Shown one piece after another: positions 20,557 to 29,488 of a DNA stretch of 64,000 nt (the stretch's first letter is position 1; each line of letters begins with the position of its first letter). Below the pieces are notes generated by a model. The model was given only the letters and a program-made list of their open reading frames with translations, did no database searches and was not told the origin of the DNA. Origin of the DNA: a phage; sequence record NC_101838.1, one strand, 5' to 3'. The position numbers and the translations under genes are program-made.

Positions 20557-21534
20557 TTATTTAACGTGTTTGAAAATACCTGCCAACTCGGTCATTGTCA
20601 TGCGGGTGGTCTTCATAAGATCTGTCATAGCTTTCTCCATAATTGGAGATACTACCATAAAGTTTCCTTTAGTGAAACCTTTATTCCAGTCGGTCACCAA
20701 CAGGGGTTTAAGTCCAGCTCCAAGACGTTCACCAGTTAAAGCACAGCATTTGCGAATATACGAACTCTTAAATTGGCTGAATGACAGATCAACTTTCATA
20801 CCTACATCGTAGAACGTTTGACAATAGAAAGTGTAAGCTTTGGCAATCTCAACATCATCAGGTAGTGCAGGAACCTCTTCTGTAAGCTCCTCTTCGACCT
20901 CCTGAGTCTCTTTTTCCTCTTCATGCACCTGTTGCGTCATTTCTTCAATCTCTTCTGTGATAGGCTCGTTTACAATGTCGGAAATGTGCTTCTTGGGTGC
21001 ACGATAAGTAACTTTAGACATCGGTAGCATATCTTCCTCCTCTTCTTCGTCAAAGAGTGCTAGTTTATCCTCTTCCGTTCCATATTGCAAGATGAAATCT
21101 TCAAAAGTATAATCACCTTTCAATTTCTCCATACGCTCTTCGCTCAGGTGGAGCATCATCTGCTGGACAATTTTTCGATCAGTTTCGTCTTTAATCAAGA
21201 CTGCAGTCTTTTTATCTACCAGACAGTCCTTTAGAGAGTTGCATCTCAATCCCACCACACAACAGTTATCAACCGCATAAGGACCTTCATCATCTATCCG
21301 CTCCAGGGATGGGTAGAAAGGATTCCCCAGCCCGTTTTCATCTGTGTGCATGTCAAAAGGTATAAGGGTATAGTCGCATACTCCATCTCCTAAAAGTTTT
21401 TTACCAAATAGGAGGTATTCTTCCCATGACAGGTCGAACTCTATATCTCGTTTCCGTGCGTTATTCTGTTTGCGTCTATATTTTTTGAGCAAGCGCTCTA
21501 ACTCTTCTGGTGTATAATATTTTTCAAGATTCAT
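20557..21534 (-). CDS. hypothetical protein, N-terminal region with possible HNH/His-Me-finger-like nuclease motif
   Basis: ORF track 20557..21600 begins with TTG without SD; ATG at 21534 follows GAGAGA and a TTGACA-17-TACGAT promoter; motif CxY...SLERIDDEGPYAVDNC...N.LK; contains the 27-bp repeat at 20998-21024. Confidence 0.45.
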   Translation of the reverse strand: MNLEKYYTPEELERLLKKYRRKQNNARKRDIEFDLSWEEYLLFGKKLLGDGVCDYTLIPFDMHTDENGLGNPFYPSLERIDDEGPYAVDNCCVVGLRCNSLKDCLVDKKTAVLIKDETDRKIVQQMMLHLSEERMEKLKGDYTFEDFILQYGTEEDKLALFDEEEEEDMLPMSKVTYRAPKKHISDIVNEPITEEIEEMTQQVHEEEKETQEVEEELTEEVPALPDDVEIAKAYTFYCQTFYDVGMKVDLSFSQFKSSYIRKCCALTGERLGAGLKPLLVTDWNKGFTKGNFMVVSPIMEKAMTDLMKTTRMTMTELAGIFKHVK

Positions 21535-21565
21535 GAGTCGTCTCTCGTGCTCTGTAAGTGAAGAA

Positions 21566-21594
21566 ATCGTATCAATTGTCTCAACAGATGTCAA
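21566..21594 (-). promoter_or_regulatory. sigma70-like promoter for leftward block
   Basis: Minus strand TTGACA - 17 nt - TACGAT upstream of ATG at 21534. Confidence 0.35.
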
Positions 21595-21607
21595 CATCAA
21601 AAACGTG

Positions 21608-21636
21608 TTGACTTTACTCTAACTCCACAATATAGT
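21608..21636 (+). promoter_or_regulatory. sigma70-like promoter for rightward block
   Basis: TTGACT - 17 nt - TATAGT, 40 nt upstream of ATG at 21677. Confidence 0.45.
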
Positions 21637-21676
21637 GCACCCATTCGAAAGAAAACTAACATAGGAGCACTTACTT

Positions 21677-22576
21677 ATGGCAAATCTTAACAGTTTTAGT
21701 ACGCGGTGGAAACAGGACATAACAACCAATCTTTCAGCTGGGGACATCCTTTCTGCAATTTACGAGGCTTTAGATGATAAAGCTACTTCAAAAGCGGTTT
21801 GTACCAACCCATTAATTCCTATAGTGATGAAGGTTATTGAGCGTAGATTGGTATCTGGGTCTGATAAGTGGACATATTTAGATAATGAAGGACACACCTA
21901 TTCCAATGGGTATGTCGATATAAAAGTAGAATACGCGGTATCATACCGCCGGAGCGGTTCTGTAACTTTCAACTTCTCTGGAGGTTTTCGATCTCTGGCC
22001 ACCTCACCTTTTGTTTCCTCAGAGGAGAAGTATGAGCTGCCATTTCTTTGGATGATGGCTAACGCGACAGGAAAAACCCCCGTTAGCATCCGAGTAAAAT
22101 ACAACTACAACGGATCTAGTAAGATCTATGCCGAAAGTGTCTCAGCAAGTTTTTATTTTGTGATGGGGGATGGAATCCTCAAACATATAAAGATGTGCGA
22201 TATGCATGATGTTATAAATGAAGTGACTGATAAGAATGTTCTAGTGAAAGACCTCAACAATTTTTATACACCCGGAGACTATTACGTCAGCCGTCCACTG
22301 TGCATCTTTAATGCCGCACACCCTCTAGGTGAGTATTTGATCGCCAATAGCGATATTGCCAATAACCGCTTCGAGGTAGCAAGAGTTCAGAATGAGGTAT
22401 TGACATCTTGCAAGAGCGGTGATAAGTTTACCGAAGAAGAGATGGGTGTTTTAGAAATGATGGGATATAAGTGTAGCCTTTGGGTAGATGAGGTGTTCAA
22501 TGATTGCATCTATGGACAGGATATTTACCCATTAAAGAAGTATACTGATTCCAGTTTAATTTACGCGGAGATTTGA
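21677..22576 (+). CDS. hypothetical protein (299 aa)
   Basis: AGGAG SD; ORF track. Confidence 0.5.
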   Translation: MANLNSFSTRWKQDITTNLSAGDILSAIYEALDDKATSKAVCTNPLIPIVMKVIERRLVSGSDKWTYLDNEGHTYSNGYVDIKVEYAVSYRRSGSVTFNFSGGFRSLATSPFVSSEEKYELPFLWMMANATGKTPVSIRVKYNYNGSSKIYAESVSASFYFVMGDGILKHIKMCDMHDVINEVTDKNVLVKDLNNFYTPGDYYVSRPLCIFNAAHPLGEYLIANSDIANNRFEVARVQNEVLTSCKSGDKFTEEEMGVLEMMGYKCSLWVDEVFNDCIYGQDIYPLKKYTDSSLIYAEI

Positions 22577-22851
22577 CTATGATGAAGTCATGTGGTAGTG
22601 TATATTATGTTGGTGAGAATGTTCAGGCAGATAGTGTGTGGAAATCCATTAAGTCCACCACCGATGATGCCTTTCTGAGCGGGTTATGTTTTCCCAGCCC
22701 AGGGGACACTCTCCCTTACCCTGGAGATTTTGTTGTCAACAAGATGGACGGTTATACCGTGTGCCTGATGGTTGAAAAAATCTTTTTAGACACTAGACAC
22801 AATCACCGTCTTGTGTTAAAATTTCAAGAATGTAAAATGACAATTGCCTAA
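22573..22851 (+). CDS. hypothetical protein (92 aa)
   Basis: ATGA overlap with upstream gene. Confidence 0.45.
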   Translation: MTMMKSCGSVYYVGENVQADSVWKSIKSTTDDAFLSGLCFPSPGDTLPYPGDFVVNKMDGYTVCLMVEKIFLDTRHNHRLVLKFQECKMTIA

Positions 22852-22864
22852 GGAGACCTTGCCG

Positions 22865-23221
22865 ATGTCTAAAGTTACTTATCGTGCAGCTATTTACTGC
22901 AATGAACACCCAATCAATAATGATGGTCACTGCCTTTTTAAAGAAAATCAATTGGGCTGTATTGTCCTCCCTGATGAAGGGGAAGGTTATCTGATTGCGT
23001 TGACAGGGTTTGAACCTGAAGCTCTGGAAGCCAATCTTGACTACCTGGTAGAGGAGGGTGCTGCAGACCTGGTTGCCAATGGCCTCTCCATAAGCCTTGA
23101 CGAAGTGGAGCGCTTCATGGGCAATTACCGTGTAGTGCGTGAGTTTACTATCGAGGTGGAAACTCCAGAGTGGGGTAGCCATGAAACTAATGCCGAAGAA
23201 AAAGAAGAGGAGGTAGAATAA
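22865..23221 (+). CDS. hypothetical acidic protein; start lies inside the 27-bp repeat
   Basis: AAGGAG SD 10 nt upstream of ATG at 22865; ORF-track start 22844 is TTG. Confidence 0.5.
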   Translation: MSKVTYRAAIYCNEHPINNDGHCLFKENQLGCIVLPDEGEGYLIALTGFEPEALEANLDYLVEEGAADLVANGLSISLDEVERFMGNYRVVREFTIEVETPEWGSHETNAEEKEEEVE

Positions 23222-23478
23222 TGAAAGTGCAGATCTTGACTAATGCCGAGAAGATGTTTATTGAAGATACACCTTTTGAAGCTGGTGAGCTACAGTTCAT
23301 TTATTTTGTTGACTTAGATAAGGTGTTCCCTGCACTGAATCTTGGTCTGGATGAAGTTCCTCATAAGGTTTTGTGCCAAGTTGTTCGTGCATTAGCGGCA
23401 GATGGGGAGTTCCACACCCTTGAAGATGTCCAGACCTACGGGTATCTTGAACTACAACGAGAAGAAGAGGTGGACTGA
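23221..23478 (+). CDS. hypothetical protein (85 aa)
   Basis: ORF track; overlapping stop/start. Confidence 0.45.
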   Translation: MKVQILTNAEKMFIEDTPFEAGELQFIYFVDLDKVFPALNLGLDEVPHKVLCQVVRALAADGEFHTLEDVQTYGYLELQREEEVD

Positions 23479-23480
23479 TA

Positions 23481-23861
23481 ATGGCCCAGTGGAAGACAAC
23501 AGTTGACCTTCATGATCAGTGGTTAGGACGCATCACTGAAGACGGGAAGCTAGTGGAGTGGGACAATAAGCATGTTAGCGAGTTGGCAAGTATTGTAGCT
23601 GGCAAGTTACGCTCCAAGTTCCCTGAACAACTGGATCCTGATAGTTCAAAGTTCGATCCTGAGTTAGAGGATGTTGTATACTACTTCGACACCGTTGATG
23701 ACTACGACGCGTGGTTTGCAGCACGGGAGCTTTACCCACAAGGCTCTGCTATGCGCCAGATGGAAGAAGATTATCCTCCGTGCGAGCAATTTAATAGCGC
23801 AATGACTTGCCTCTACGATTGGGCAGATAAGAACCTTGTCTGGATTCGGACTGCATTCTAG
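23481..23861 (+). CDS. hypothetical protein (126 aa)
   Basis: ORF track. Confidence 0.45.
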   Translation: MAQWKTTVDLHDQWLGRITEDGKLVEWDNKHVSELASIVAGKLRSKFPEQLDPDSSKFDPELEDVVYYFDTVDDYDAWFAARELYPQGSAMRQMEEDYPPCEQFNSAMTCLYDWADKNLVWIRTAF

Positions 23862-23875
23862 CAGGTGGGGCAAGG

Positions 23876-24169
23876 ATGCCACTTAAAAGAGTAATAAACA
23901 TGTTATACCAGAAACACGAACTTTGTGCAGAAAAAGAGTTAAATTTTGACAAAGTTATCCACAGATATTGTTATGGAAAAACCGGAAGACAATTAAGAAG
24001 ATGCACTCCAGCATTCTTTCACCCCAGCAGGCGACTAAGCCCTGAAGAAGCAACAGCAGAAAGGGTTGCATACAACTGGGAAGTTGTGTACGATATTGAC
24101 AGATCCGATGTGACATCTGTTTTGGAAAACTTTGAAAACACTTACACACAAGTAGAGGACTTTTACTAA
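23876..24169 (+). CDS. hypothetical protein (97 aa)
   Basis: ORF track. Confidence 0.4.
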   Translation: MPLKRVINMLYQKHELCAEKELNFDKVIHRYCYGKTGRQLRRCTPAFFHPSRRLSPEEATAERVAYNWEVVYDIDRSDVTSVLENFENTYTQVEDFY

Positions 24170-25353
24170 TGTCAAGAAACGTATTTGAAAGTGGTCAAAT
24201 CACTGTCCGTGAGTTGCCAGCCATCATTCAGTTTGCCCAGCGTCATAACCGATCTGTCCTGATTTTAGGACCAATGGGCGTGGGGAAGAGCCAGGTGATG
24301 AAGCAGATCGCTGATAATATGTTCGGTGAGCGAGATGACAACCTGGTTGACGTGCGGCTGTCAGATAAAGATCCTGCCGACTTATCTGGGCTACCTATCC
24401 CTGTAGAAGCGGATGGAACTACACGTACAGTGTTTGCAATTCCAGAATTTTGGCCTGCAGATCCGGACTGGAGCGGAATTATCTTTCTGGATGAGCTCAC
24501 TCATGCAGATAACTATCTGCAAAAGGTTGCAATGCAGATTATGCTCGACCACAAGTGCGGCACCTATGCATTCCCTAAAGGCTCTGTTTTTGTGGCTGCG
24601 GGTAACCGTTCTACAGATGGTGCGGTTCTTTCGGCGCTCGAAGCCCCTCTGGCTAACCGTTTTATCATTGTAGAAGTTACAAGCAATGCAGAGGTGTTTA
24701 TTGAGGACTACGCATTCCTCAATGGGGTGCACTCCTCTGTAATTGGGTATCTGAAAAGAGTTCCATCAGCTATCGATAATTATGAGGCTATGGCTGAGAT
24801 TAATTGTCCATCTTTTGCCACACCGCGATCTTGGGTTGCTGCATCTGACATCTTGCACGATTTTGACAGCGGTATTATTTCTGACGCTATGGCCCGTGTT
24901 CTTCTGCAAGGTGCTATTGGTCACACTGCAGCGGTAGAGATCTGGACCTACCACACCAAGAAACGCAACTTACCGGAAATCGGTCGGATTATGGCAGGGG
25001 GTTGCAAAGAATACATAGGTCCTAAACAGCCAGACATCTTGTGGATTCTTGGGTCTGAAGGTTGTATCGCTATTCGTAATATGATGGAAAATGCAAGTAT
25101 CTCCGACGAAGATCTTGTTAGCTGTGTAGCAAACTTCCTCGATTTCCTTTGGGAAAATTTCAAGGACGAGAACCGAGATTTTGTATTCTCAGTCTTTATG
25201 GCGATGATGAAACCTAATGCCTTAGGAAATGCCTTGCTTATCGGTAAAGGGCGTGACAAGATCGTTGCTCAACTGATCAAAGCGTACCCAAACCTGATGA
25301 AGATTGTAAAAGAGTTTGGTGAAGAGTTTAGCGCCATTTTAGCTAAAGCTTAA
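24169..25353 (+). CDS. MoxR/CobS-like AAA+ ATPase
   Basis: Walker A GPMGVGKS, Walker B IIFLDELT, AAA_5-like spacing. Confidence 0.7.
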   Translation: MSRNVFESGQITVRELPAIIQFAQRHNRSVLILGPMGVGKSQVMKQIADNMFGERDDNLVDVRLSDKDPADLSGLPIPVEADGTTRTVFAIPEFWPADPDWSGIIFLDELTHADNYLQKVAMQIMLDHKCGTYAFPKGSVFVAAGNRSTDGAVLSALEAPLANRFIIVEVTSNAEVFIEDYAFLNGVHSSVIGYLKRVPSAIDNYEAMAEINCPSFATPRSWVAASDILHDFDSGIISDAMARVLLQGAIGHTAAVEIWTYHTKKRNLPEIGRIMAGGCKEYIGPKQPDILWILGSEGCIAIRNMMENASISDEDLVSCVANFLDFLWENFKDENRDFVFSVFMAMMKPNALGNALLIGKGRDKIVAQLIKAYPNLMKIVKEFGEEFSAILAKA

Positions 25354-25362
25354 GGGGGTTGT

Positions 25363-25743
25363 ATGGCTAAAGTAGGTAAGCGGGGAAATTACCGGGTGGT
25401 ATTGACCGAGGAGCCGGAGAAGGAGTACGAATGCAGCTCCACTTGCGTGATCGATATCCGAGAAAAAGATGTAGATGAAATCTGGTTTAAAATATTAGAC
25501 GCTTGCGACAGCAGTGATTATTTCTTCATCTATGTCAACGATAAGGCTGGATTCTTCCATGACGACGGAGAGTTGCCGTATGAAATCTATGAACTTGTAG
25601 AGGCTTGCCATCGTGGAGATGCGGAGTTGTTTGGCCTACGGCTGAAAAGCGGTAAATTCTTCTATCAAGATGAGTGCATGAATCTTCATAACTTTGTAGA
25701 GGGAACTTGCAACGATGGAGAGATTTTGGCACACTACGATTAA
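25363..25743 (+). CDS. hypothetical protein (126 aa)
   Basis: ORF track; followed by strong terminator. Confidence 0.45.
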   Translation: MAKVGKRGNYRVVLTEEPEKEYECSSTCVIDIREKDVDEIWFKILDACDSSDYFFIYVNDKAGFFHDDGELPYEIYELVEACHRGDAELFGLRLKSGKFFYQDECMNLHNFVEGTCNDGEILAHYD

Positions 25744-25755
25744 TTTCTAAGACCT

Positions 25756-25779
25756 CCCCCGCTTCGGCGGGGATTTTCT
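25756..25779 (+). terminator. intrinsic terminator
   Basis: CCCCGC-TTCG-GCGGGG stem with UUCG tetraloop, followed by ATTTTCTATTT. Confidence 0.6.
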
Positions 25780-25792
25780 ATTTGGAGTCATT

Positions 25793-26293
25793 GTGAAAAT
25801 TAAGATCTTTGCTATTATTTTGAGCGCACTTTTATCGCTGCCTGTTGTTGCAGCACCAAAACAAAAAGTATATCATACTTGCAAGCCATCAGATACTAAG
25901 GAAAACATTCTGGCATGCAATATCTACAGGGAAGCTAGAGGAGATGGCACGATGGGTATGCTGGCATCTGGGTTTGCCACACTAAACAGGAAATCCCACC
26001 CTAAATACCCAGACACTATAAGAAAGATTGTCTACCAACCTAACCAGTTTTCGTGGACAAACCACGGCAAAACTTTTAAGGTGACAGAAAAAGATTCATG
26101 GGATCACGCTAAAAGTCTTGCAAAGATGCTTCTAAAGGTCTATAATAACAACCATGTTGCATACATGGCTATGGATATAACAGGTGGAGCAACACACTAC
26201 CATACAACCAAAGTACGACCGAAGTGGGCAAAAAAGATGCAGAGGACAGCTCAATTCGGGAGTCATATCTACTACAAGGAGCGCAATAAATGA
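25793..26293 (+). CDS. secreted SleB-like cell wall hydrolase
   Basis: N-terminal signal peptide MKIKIFAIILSALLSLPVVAA; motif YREARGDG...LNR...YQPNQFS typical of SleB/Hydrolase_2 family; GTG start after GGAG. Confidence 0.65.
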   Translation: MKIKIFAIILSALLSLPVVAAPKQKVYHTCKPSDTKENILACNIYREARGDGTMGMLASGFATLNRKSHPKYPDTIRKIVYQPNQFSWTNHGKTFKVTEKDSWDHAKSLAKMLLKVYNNNHVAYMAMDITGGATHYHTTKVRPKWAKKMQRTAQFGSHIYYKERNK

Positions 26294-28272
26294 TTGTAAA
26301 CAGTAATGAAACTAAAGCGGTACTGACCGGGAATATGGAGGTCACCAGGGGCTCAATTTCTCTGAACAAAGAGACTTTTGGGCTAATCATTAAAGGGATT
26401 TACGAAGACAAGGTGCTGGCAAGCTGCCGTGAACCAATCTTCAATGCCGTGGACTCTCATGTTGAGTCTGGACGGGGTGATGTACCGATCATCATTCACT
26501 CTCCTACAGACCTTGAACCATACTTCTTTGTGCAGGACGTTGGATTGGGCATGTCAGAAGAGATGGTCCGCAACACTTTCATGAACCTCGGGGAGTCAAC
26601 CAAGCGCAACAGCAACGCTCTGGTAGGTAATAAAGGTGTTGGTTCAAAGGCTCCGTTCAGCATGGTGGACACTTTCGATGTTATCAGTGTGCACAATGGT
26701 GTTGAAAGCACATATCTATTGTTCTTGGATCAGGGTATCCCAAACGTTACCAAGATCCGTGAGCGGAAGACTGAAGAGCACAACGGGGTAAAAGTTCAGT
26801 TCCATGTTAAGAAAGAGCATGTCCTGAAATATCGCACTGCTATTGCATCGTGCTTACGCTATGCGAAGTTTCCGTTCATCGTCACCGATCCTATGACCAG
26901 TAAGATGTTAGAAGGTGACAAGGTTGAGGCACAGTATCATTACGAGAAGGATGGCTGGAAAATGACCATCCTGAAAGGTTATACCAGTTCTGATGAGAGC
27001 CGTGTTGTGATGGGTCACCAACCTTACCGCTCCAAGTTCCTGGAGACATTGACCGATTACCCTGCAATCTGCGTGGAAATTCCTATTGGGGATTGCAATA
27101 TTAACCCTGGGCGTGAATGGACCATAGAGGGCCATGACGACGGTGGATTCCAGGATCGCCTGGAGGCCTTTGTCAAAGAAGGTATACGTCTTCGCGGGGC
27201 AGAAGTTGTTGCAGAACTGGAGACGGCAAAAACCTCCGCAGAAGCACGTGAAATGATGAAGAATAGTGGAGTGTTCGGACACATCTTCGGCAAAAACTTT
27301 ATGTGGAACCGTTGGGAAGAAACAGGGCTTGGCGACTTAGGCGATTGTGAAATTTTCGCTGGCGGCTTAAATAAAGGCCGCATAGGCTATGCTCGTTACG
27401 GAAAGTCGGAGTTCTTACGAGGTGTATACCTTGTATTTAACGACGGAGACGGCAAATATAACCGGAATAAGTGTAACTACTTAAGCGAGATCACCGGACG
27501 CAACGTTTTCTATTGCCGGAACACGGATCTGGTGAAAGAGTTTAAAGAGGCGGCACACCATCCGTTCTTTGCAGATACGGTCAAATTGTTATCGGAGCTT
27601 CCACGCCGACCTGCGAAGAAAGGTGAAACCAAAACTCGTTACGAGCCAGGCTACTGGGTTAAGAAGCTTAGAGAGGATGGCTACTTCCATCGTGAGCGCC
27701 TCACGAAGGCAGAGTTCAAGAAGATTAAGCATTGCATCCCTTATGAGGGGGATATCCAACGGGGAAGCTGCTGGCTGGGCCAGATGAGTAACATCTACCA
27801 GCAAAATTATGACCGTGTGCGTGCTGCACTCCAGATTCCTGAAGGTGAAGATCTGTACCTGGTATCAGAATCTCGTCTGCTTTGGACTGATCCTGATTGC
27901 CAGTATGTTACAGAGAAGAATGTGGAACATTTGTTGAAAGAGGATGCTTGGAAATTCTTACTGACTCGCGCAGCAAATGAAACTTCATATGACAGCCTGT
28001 ATAGACAATTAGGGAAAATTATCCCCATGCAGGATTTTGGAAATTATCGGCCACATTTCCACAAGTGGGAAGGTAACACCGCGTGGAAGCACAGTGAGCT
28101 AAATCATCGTGCCAAAATCTTAATCGCCAACCGGGTTAAGTGCGGGAAGGCCTATATTGCAAGATTGGAAAAGAAATATCCACTTTTGAAGCATGTGGGC
28201 TTGAAATATTGGGACACTCCTGCTATGATTGAATACCGTGAACTGATTGATACAAAGAATAACATCAAATAA
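26290..28272 (+). CDS. rIIA: rIIA-like protein with GHKL ATPase domain
   Basis: GHKL N-box IFNAVDSH, G1 DVGLGM, G2 GVGSKAPFSMVDTFDVIS closely matching the T4 rIIA motif GLGSKSPFSYTDTFSITS; followed by rIIB-like gene. Confidence 0.65.
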   Translation: MIVNSNETKAVLTGNMEVTRGSISLNKETFGLIIKGIYEDKVLASCREPIFNAVDSHVESGRGDVPIIIHSPTDLEPYFFVQDVGLGMSEEMVRNTFMNLGESTKRNSNALVGNKGVGSKAPFSMVDTFDVISVHNGVESTYLLFLDQGIPNVTKIRERKTEEHNGVKVQFHVKKEHVLKYRTAIASCLRYAKFPFIVTDPMTSKMLEGDKVEAQYHYEKDGWKMTILKGYTSSDESRVVMGHQPYRSKFLETLTDYPAICVEIPIGDCNINPGREWTIEGHDDGGFQDRLEAFVKEGIRLRGAEVVAELETAKTSAEAREMMKNSGVFGHIFGKNFMWNRWEETGLGDLGDCEIFAGGLNKGRIGYARYGKSEFLRGVYLVFNDGDGKYNRNKCNYLSEITGRNVFYCRNTDLVKEFKEAAHHPFFADTVKLLSELPRRPAKKGETKTRYEPGYWVKKLREDGYFHRERLTKAEFKKIKHCIPYEGDIQRGSCWLGQMSNIYQQNYDRVRAALQIPEGEDLYLVSESRLLWTDPDCQYVTEKNVEHLLKEDAWKFLLTRAANETSYDSLYRQLGKIIPMQDFGNYRPHFHKWEGNTAWKHSELNHRAKILIANRVKCGKAYIARLEKKYPLLKHVGLKYWDTPAMIEYRELIDTKNNIK

Positions 28273-28282
28273 GGAGACCAAG

Positions 28283-29488
28283 ATGATTTTCATTTACGAA
28301 CACTTCAAAACTCGTAAAGAAGCACGTGACCGCCGTGCAGAACTTGAGAAGAAGGGTTTCACATGTGCCATTGAGAAAGGTGACACAACCTGGACACTGG
28401 CAGTGGGTGCCCCAGAGTTGTTCGATCCTGACCGTGACAGCGTCTGCTACACCCGTGAGGATTTTGAAACCCGTGAAGAGGCCCGTTTATTTCGATATGG
28501 GCTGGAAGATAACGGTAAGTACGCCATGATCTTAGACTTGGGCGAAGGTTCCGTTAAACGTTGGGGCGTGGTATACCCACTGTGTGTTGTTCACGGTGTG
28601 GGGTTCACTGGGGTGGCAATCAAGTCAGAAGAACCTTTAGTAGAAGTCAAAGATCCGGTGCTGGAGGTGGTGAGCAGTGTGTCTCAGCAACAGACTCGAA
28701 GCATCGAGCCTTTAGTAGTTATTTGTGGAGAACTCCTCCAGATCACCTGCAACGAAGGTATTTTTGAAATTCGCCGCAGTGAAAGTGAGGAAGTTTACCA
28801 GAAAGTCTTCGACCATATCTCTGTTCAGGAATATGACGAGGCAATTGGTGAAATCCTTGTCTGGGTGGAACGCAAGAATGAGTTCACCACACTTGCAGAC
28901 AACCTGATCATGAAGGATGGTAAGCTCTACTACTACGGTGTAGAGATGCGATCCACCATTGCAAAGAAAATTGAGAAAGATTATGCAGACGGAACACTGG
29001 ATGACCGCTATGTGAAATTCCTAGTTCGCCTGCTACGCAATCCTTCTGCAAAATCTGTAAACATGCTCTACGATTTTATGCAGGCCAACGATATCCAGAT
29101 TGCAGAAGATGGTCGAATCATTTGCTACAAAGGGGTTCAGTTTAACGGCAGCAAGTGGGTGGATTGGCACAGTGGTAAAGTTCCACAATACCAGGGTGCT
29201 TTTGTATCCATGCCTCGTAACTTTGTAGAGGATGATCCGGAAGCTGCGTGCTCCTATGGCTTACACTGCGCCAGCAAAGAGTATGCAAAGAGCTACGGCA
29301 CTGTAATGACTGTTATGGTTGATCCTGCAGATGTGGTTAGTGTGCCATACCAACACAATAGCGCTAAGTGCCGTGCATGCCGCTATGAGATTGTGGTAGC
29401 TCCGGAAGCACGCAAAGATGGAGACCCTATTGAATATGTAGTTGATCGTGACGGCAACACTATCGACATTCTTTACGAGGAGGCGTAA
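28283..29488 (+). CDS. rIIB: rIIB-like protein
   Basis: C-terminal region matches T4 rIIB pattern DI.I.EDG...MPR..V.DD...CS.GLH..SK.Y...V.V.V.P.DVVS.P...N.AK.R.C.YE.V; AAGGAG SD before ATG 28283. Confidence 0.65.
   Translation: MIFIYEHFKTRKEARDRRAELEKKGFTCAIEKGDTTWTLAVGAPELFDPDRDSVCYTREDFETREEARLFRYGLEDNGKYAMILDLGEGSVKRWGVVYPLCVVHGVGFTGVAIKSEEPLVEVKDPVLEVVSSVSQQQTRSIEPLVVICGELLQITCNEGIFEIRRSESEEVYQKVFDHISVQEYDEAIGEILVWVERKNEFTTLADNLIMKDGKLYYYGVEMRSTIAKKIEKDYADGTLDDRYVKFLVRLLRNPSAKSVNMLYDFMQANDIQIAEDGRIICYKGVQFNGSKWVDWHSGKVPQYQGAFVSMPRNFVEDDPEAACSYGLHCASKEYAKSYGTVMTVMVDPADVVSVPYQHNSAKCRACRYEIVVAPEARKDGDPIEYVVDRDGNTIDILYEEA

Noticed and set aside
20998-22888. Hin/Gin-type invertible segment with an adjacent serine invertase
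   Set aside because: No recombinase-like protein is recognisable nearby, so inversion is kept only as one hypothesis for the 27-bp inverted repeat.
26290-28272. GHKL ATPase that first looked like a novel Hsp90/MORC-like defence or anti-defence ATPase
   Set aside because: The G2-box region (GVGSKAPFSMVDTFDVIS) and the following gene match the T4 rIIA/rIIB pair, so this is a known phage function.
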